DNA of 64,000 nucleotides from Phycisphaerae bacterium (GTDB lineage Bacteria; Planctomycetota; Phycisphaerae; UBA1845): NCBI GenBank assembly GCA_963675765.1, contig OY776568.1, positions 347,558 to 411,557 of the forward strand, read 5' to 3'. Shown piece by piece: positions 61,144 to 64,000 of this stretch (position 1 is its first letter; each line of letters starts with the position of its first letter). The notes under the pieces were generated by a model. It saw only the letters and a program-made list of their open reading frames with translations, ran no database searches and was not told where the DNA came from. The position numbers and the translations under genes were made by a program.

Positions 61144-63999
61144 ATGAAAATCCGTACGAGGCTAATTTTCGGCTTTGTTGGTTGTGGCCTGATTCCACTC
61201 ATCATAATCGCTGTTGTCAGCTACCGCACGGCCAGCACAAATCTGAAAACGATAGAAACGAAGGCGGCGGACGGGTTTCAGAGCAAGGCCTTTGACCAGC
61301 TCGTCGCCCTGCGCGACACCAAGCGCAAGCAAATGGACCAGTACTTCGCCAACCGTCGCACGGACATTGACTATCTAGTCCAGTACGTGAAGGGGCAGCG
61401 AACCGACAAGCTGGCTGGAGTGGCCGTATACAAGAAGCAGATCTTGGAGAACTGGCTTGAAGATCGCATGAACGATATACGCTCCTGGCCTAAACAGGCT
61501 ACATTCGTTGATGCCGCTATGGTGCTTACCGGTCGGCGAACGCCAGGAATAGAGGCTGACGCCAAGGCCATCGTTGCCAGTGAGGCTAAAGGCATATACA
61601 CGTTTGTTCAATCCTGGTCAGGTGAGGACGAGGATCTCAAGAACGCCATAGCCAAGGTCAAGGTAGGGGAAACTGGATACGTATACGTGCTGGATTACGA
61701 GGGCAATTACGTTGTATCTAAAGACCGTGGCCGTGATGGCGAAAACATATGGAATGCCAAGGACGCCACCGGTCGTCTCTTCATTCAGAGTGCTGTCGCG
61801 AAAGGTAAAACTCTCTCTGGCGACAGTGTAGATTTCGAGATCTACCCTTGGCAAAACCAGGGAGAAGCAAAAGCACGCGATAAGGTGGCAGCCCTGCTGC
61901 ACATTCCCGAAAAGCAGTGGGTCATTGGTGTCAGTGTGTACTTCGATGAGCTAATCAACGCCGAGCGATATCGTGACGCAGTAGCAGCTGCCTTCAAATC
62001 CAACCTCACCACACACGGCGACTACCGGGAGATGAAACTGCTGGACCTGGAAGGAAACCACTTGGTCAGTCTCCTCGGAATTGACGTAAACGAGAACGAA
62101 AAGTCCTGGTTCAAGAACGCTCTTGAAAAAGCCAACGCATCCGGAGGAAAAGAGGGAGTTGATGAACTGTACACCAGTTCGATCGAGTTCTGCGGAGAAC
62201 TCAATGGCGCCAGCGTCCATTTGAGCCACATCATCAGAAATCCCCAATCAGGCGAACCCGTTGGCATGCTGGTTGCCGACTGCAATATGAAGAATATCTT
62301 CGATATAATCGGAATAGCCTACGGCTCCGGCCAAACCGGAGAAACGTACCTGGTCGGCTCAGACTACATAATGCGTTCGAACCTTCGTAACGAAGCCGAG
62401 CCGACAATCTTCAAGAAGCGCATCGATACCGAAGGCGTTCAACGCACATTCAAGGAGAGAGACTCTGATAGCGGCCACAGGGATTGGATTTACGACAACT
62501 ATGCCAAGATTCCCGTAATCAGTCACAACTTGTACATCGAATCGTTGGACGTGGCCATGATTACGGAGATGGAATTGGCGGAGGCGTTCGTGCCGACGAT
62601 CCCGGGATCTGACAAAGACTTTCTCGTGCAATACCAGGAACTGTATGGTTGGTACGATGTCTTCCTCATCGACGGCGACGGTTTCTGCTACTACTCGGCC
62701 GCCAAAGAATCGGACTATCACACCAACCTAGCCACAGGCAAGTGGAAAGACAGCCATCTGGGCGCGCTTGTGCGTGAGATACTTGAGACGAAGAAGTTTG
62801 CCTTTGCGGATGCACAACCATACGCACCAAGCAACGGAGACCAAGCTGCGTTTCTCGGTGCCCCGGTGCTCAACGACCGCGGCGAGGTGGAGACAATAGT
62901 CGCCGCTCAGCTACCCTTCGGCGACATAAACGCGGTGATGGGCATTAGCGCTGGAATGGGAGAAACGGGAGCTACGTATCTAGTAGGTCGAGATGCCGAT
63001 GGCAAGATATCCTTCCGCAGTGACATGTCCTCACAGAAGCCAGAGTATGTCATTGGCTACGGCATCACCACAGACTATATCGAAAAAGCGATGGAATCCA
63101 CCAAGACCGAGGGACATGAGGTATTCCGCGACAGTCTCGGAAACGGCGTGATCGTTGCCTACTGCGGAATGGAAGTATTCGGACAGCCATGGGCGATGAT
63201 TGCCAAGATTAATGATGCCGAAGCCCTGGCCGCCGCTCATGATATCAGGAGCACGGGCAATGAAGCCACTTCTTCGATGATCAAATGGAGTGCCGGTGTC
63301 GCCGTGGTTGCCGCCGTGCTTGTTGTTCTGGTCGGCGTGTTCATTGCTACGAGGCTAGTGAAACCCATCAACAGCACAGTCGACATGCTCAAAGACATCG
63401 CCCAGGGTGAAGGAGATCTCACCAAGCGCCTCGATGACTCCTCCGGCGATGAGCTGGGACAAATGGCTAAGTGGTTCAACACCTTCGTGGAAAAACTCCG
63501 CGGCATCATCATGGATATCGCCGGCAACGCCGCGACATTGGCCGGGGCTTCCACTCAGCTCTCCTCAACCTCCTCCACGATGGCTGCCAATTCAGAGCAG
63601 ATGAGCAGTCAGTCGAGCACAGTCGCGGCGGCGGCAGAGGAAATGTCCACAAACATGAACAGTATGTCCGCATCGACTGAAGAGATGTCAGCGAACGTTA
63701 AGACAGTAGCAGCCGCAATTGAGGAGATGACCGCCAGCATCACCGAAGTGGCCAAGAATGCTGAGCAGGCTGCCAGTGTGGCCACCGATGCAACCCGTCT
63801 GGCTGGAACCAGCAATCAGAAAATCGGCGAACTTGGTGTCGCCGCAGATGAGATTGGCAAGGTAATCGAAGTCATTCAGGACATCGCTGAGCAGACTAAT
63901 CTGCTAGCGCTCAACGCCACCATCGAGGCCGCTCGAGCCGGAGATGCCGGCAAGGGCTTCGCAGTCGTTGCTACAGAAGTTAAAGAATTGGCCAAACAG
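61144..63999 (+). CDS. Very large multi-Cache methyl-accepting chemotaxis protein; 3' end outside the window (absent from the ORF track)
   Basis: Manual translation from ATG 61144 ([11 protein letters not shown]...): TM1, about 700 aa sensor region, TM2, HAMP ([14 protein letters not shown]...[13 protein letters not shown]) and [30 protein letters not shown]. Confidence 0.93.
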   Translation, partial: MKIRTRLIFGFVGCGLIPLIIIAVVSYRTASTNLKTIETKAADGFQSKAFDQLVALRDTKRKQMDQYFANRRTDIDYLVQYVKGQRTDKLAGVAVYKKQILENWLEDRMNDIRSWPKQATFVDAAMVLTGRRTPGIEADAKAIVASEAKGIYTFVQSWSGEDEDLKNAIAKVKVGETGYVYVLDYEGNYVVSKDRGRDGENIWNAKDATGRLFIQSAVAKGKTLSGDSVDFEIYPWQNQGEAKARDKVAALLHIPEKQWVIGVSVYFDELINAERYRDAVAAAFKSNLTTHGDYREMKLLDLEGNHLVSLLGIDVNENEKSWFKNALEKANASGGKEGVDELYTSSIEFCGELNGASVHLSHIIRNPQSGEPVGMLVADCNMKNIFDIIGIAYGSGQTGETYLVGSDYIMRSNLRNEAEPTIFKKRIDTEGVQRTFKERDSDSGHRDWIYDNYAKIPVISHNLYIESLDVAMITEMELAEAFVPTIPGSDKDFLVQYQELYGWYDVFLIDGDGFCYYSAAKESDYHTNLATGKWKDSHLGALVREILETKKFAFADAQPYAPSNGDQAAFLGAPVLNDRGEVETIVAAQLPFGDINAVMGISAGMGETGATYLVGRDADGKISFRSDMSSQKPEYVIGYGITTDYIEKAMESTKTEGHEVFRDSLGNGVIVAYCGMEVFGQPWAMIAKINDAEALAAAHDIRSTGNEATSSMIKWSAGVAVVAAVLVVLVGVFIATRLVKPINSTVDMLKDIAQGEGDLTKRLDDSSGDELGQMAKWFNTFVEKLRGIIMDIAGNAATLAGASTQLSSTSSTMAANSEQMSSQSSTVAAAAEEMSTNMNSMSASTEEMSANVKTVAAAIEEMTASITEVAKNAEQAASVATDATRLAGTSNQKIGELGVAADEIGKVIEVIQDIAEQTNLLALNATIEAARAGDAGKGFAVVATEVKELAKQ

Positions 64000-64000
64000 A

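Noticed and set aside
1-64000. tRNA or rRNA genes
   Set aside because: No cloverleaf with T-loop and CCA context, and no rRNA signature sequence, was recognised.

Overview
The window looks like Planctomycetota DNA, probably class Phycisphaerae. This is inferred from a PEP-CTERM protein, a DUF1559-type prepilin, a DUF1570-type peptidase, dockerin-like C-terminal tails and the lack of rpmD. It has five blocks. (1) 1-2.9 kb: the 3' part of a chemoreceptor with tandem CZB domains, then a PEP-CTERM protein. (2) About 3.4-20.5 kb: a polymorphic-toxin island with four N-truncated Rhs cassettes that share a near-identical core but have four unrelated C-terminal tips, plus candidate immunity genes. 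The Rhs core carries an inserted C-type-lectin-like domain, and five small membrane proteins with a CxxC-x-Y-x-L-x(6-8)-CPECG zinc ribbon are interspersed. (3) 21.7-41.1 kb: TPR, HAD and HIT genes and the S10-spc-alpha ribosomal superoperon, with unusual insertions or extensions in RpoA, L17, L6, L14, L23 and L29. (4) 41.3-53 kb: DUF1570 peptidase, trxB, a frameshift-split IS630, an orphan LuxR regulator, a carbonic-anhydrase-like protein, an S41 peptidase and a secreted-protein cluster. (5) 53.6-64 kb: hutH-hutU-hutI, a SEC-C mini-protein, a sixth zinc-ribbon membrane protein, a cysteine desulfurase and a very large multi-Cache chemoreceptor that runs off the end. A dispersed 94-95 bp element (six full-length copies, some degenerate, plus one fragment) has 26-bp terminal inverted repeats matching the ends of the IS630 in the same window, and two copies bracket the sixth zinc-ribbon gene. 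The best candidates for undescribed biology are the lectin-bearing Rhs system with its zinc-ribbon membrane partners, and the IS630-linked MITE family that may mobilise those genes. All family assignments come from motif recognition by eye; no database search was run.
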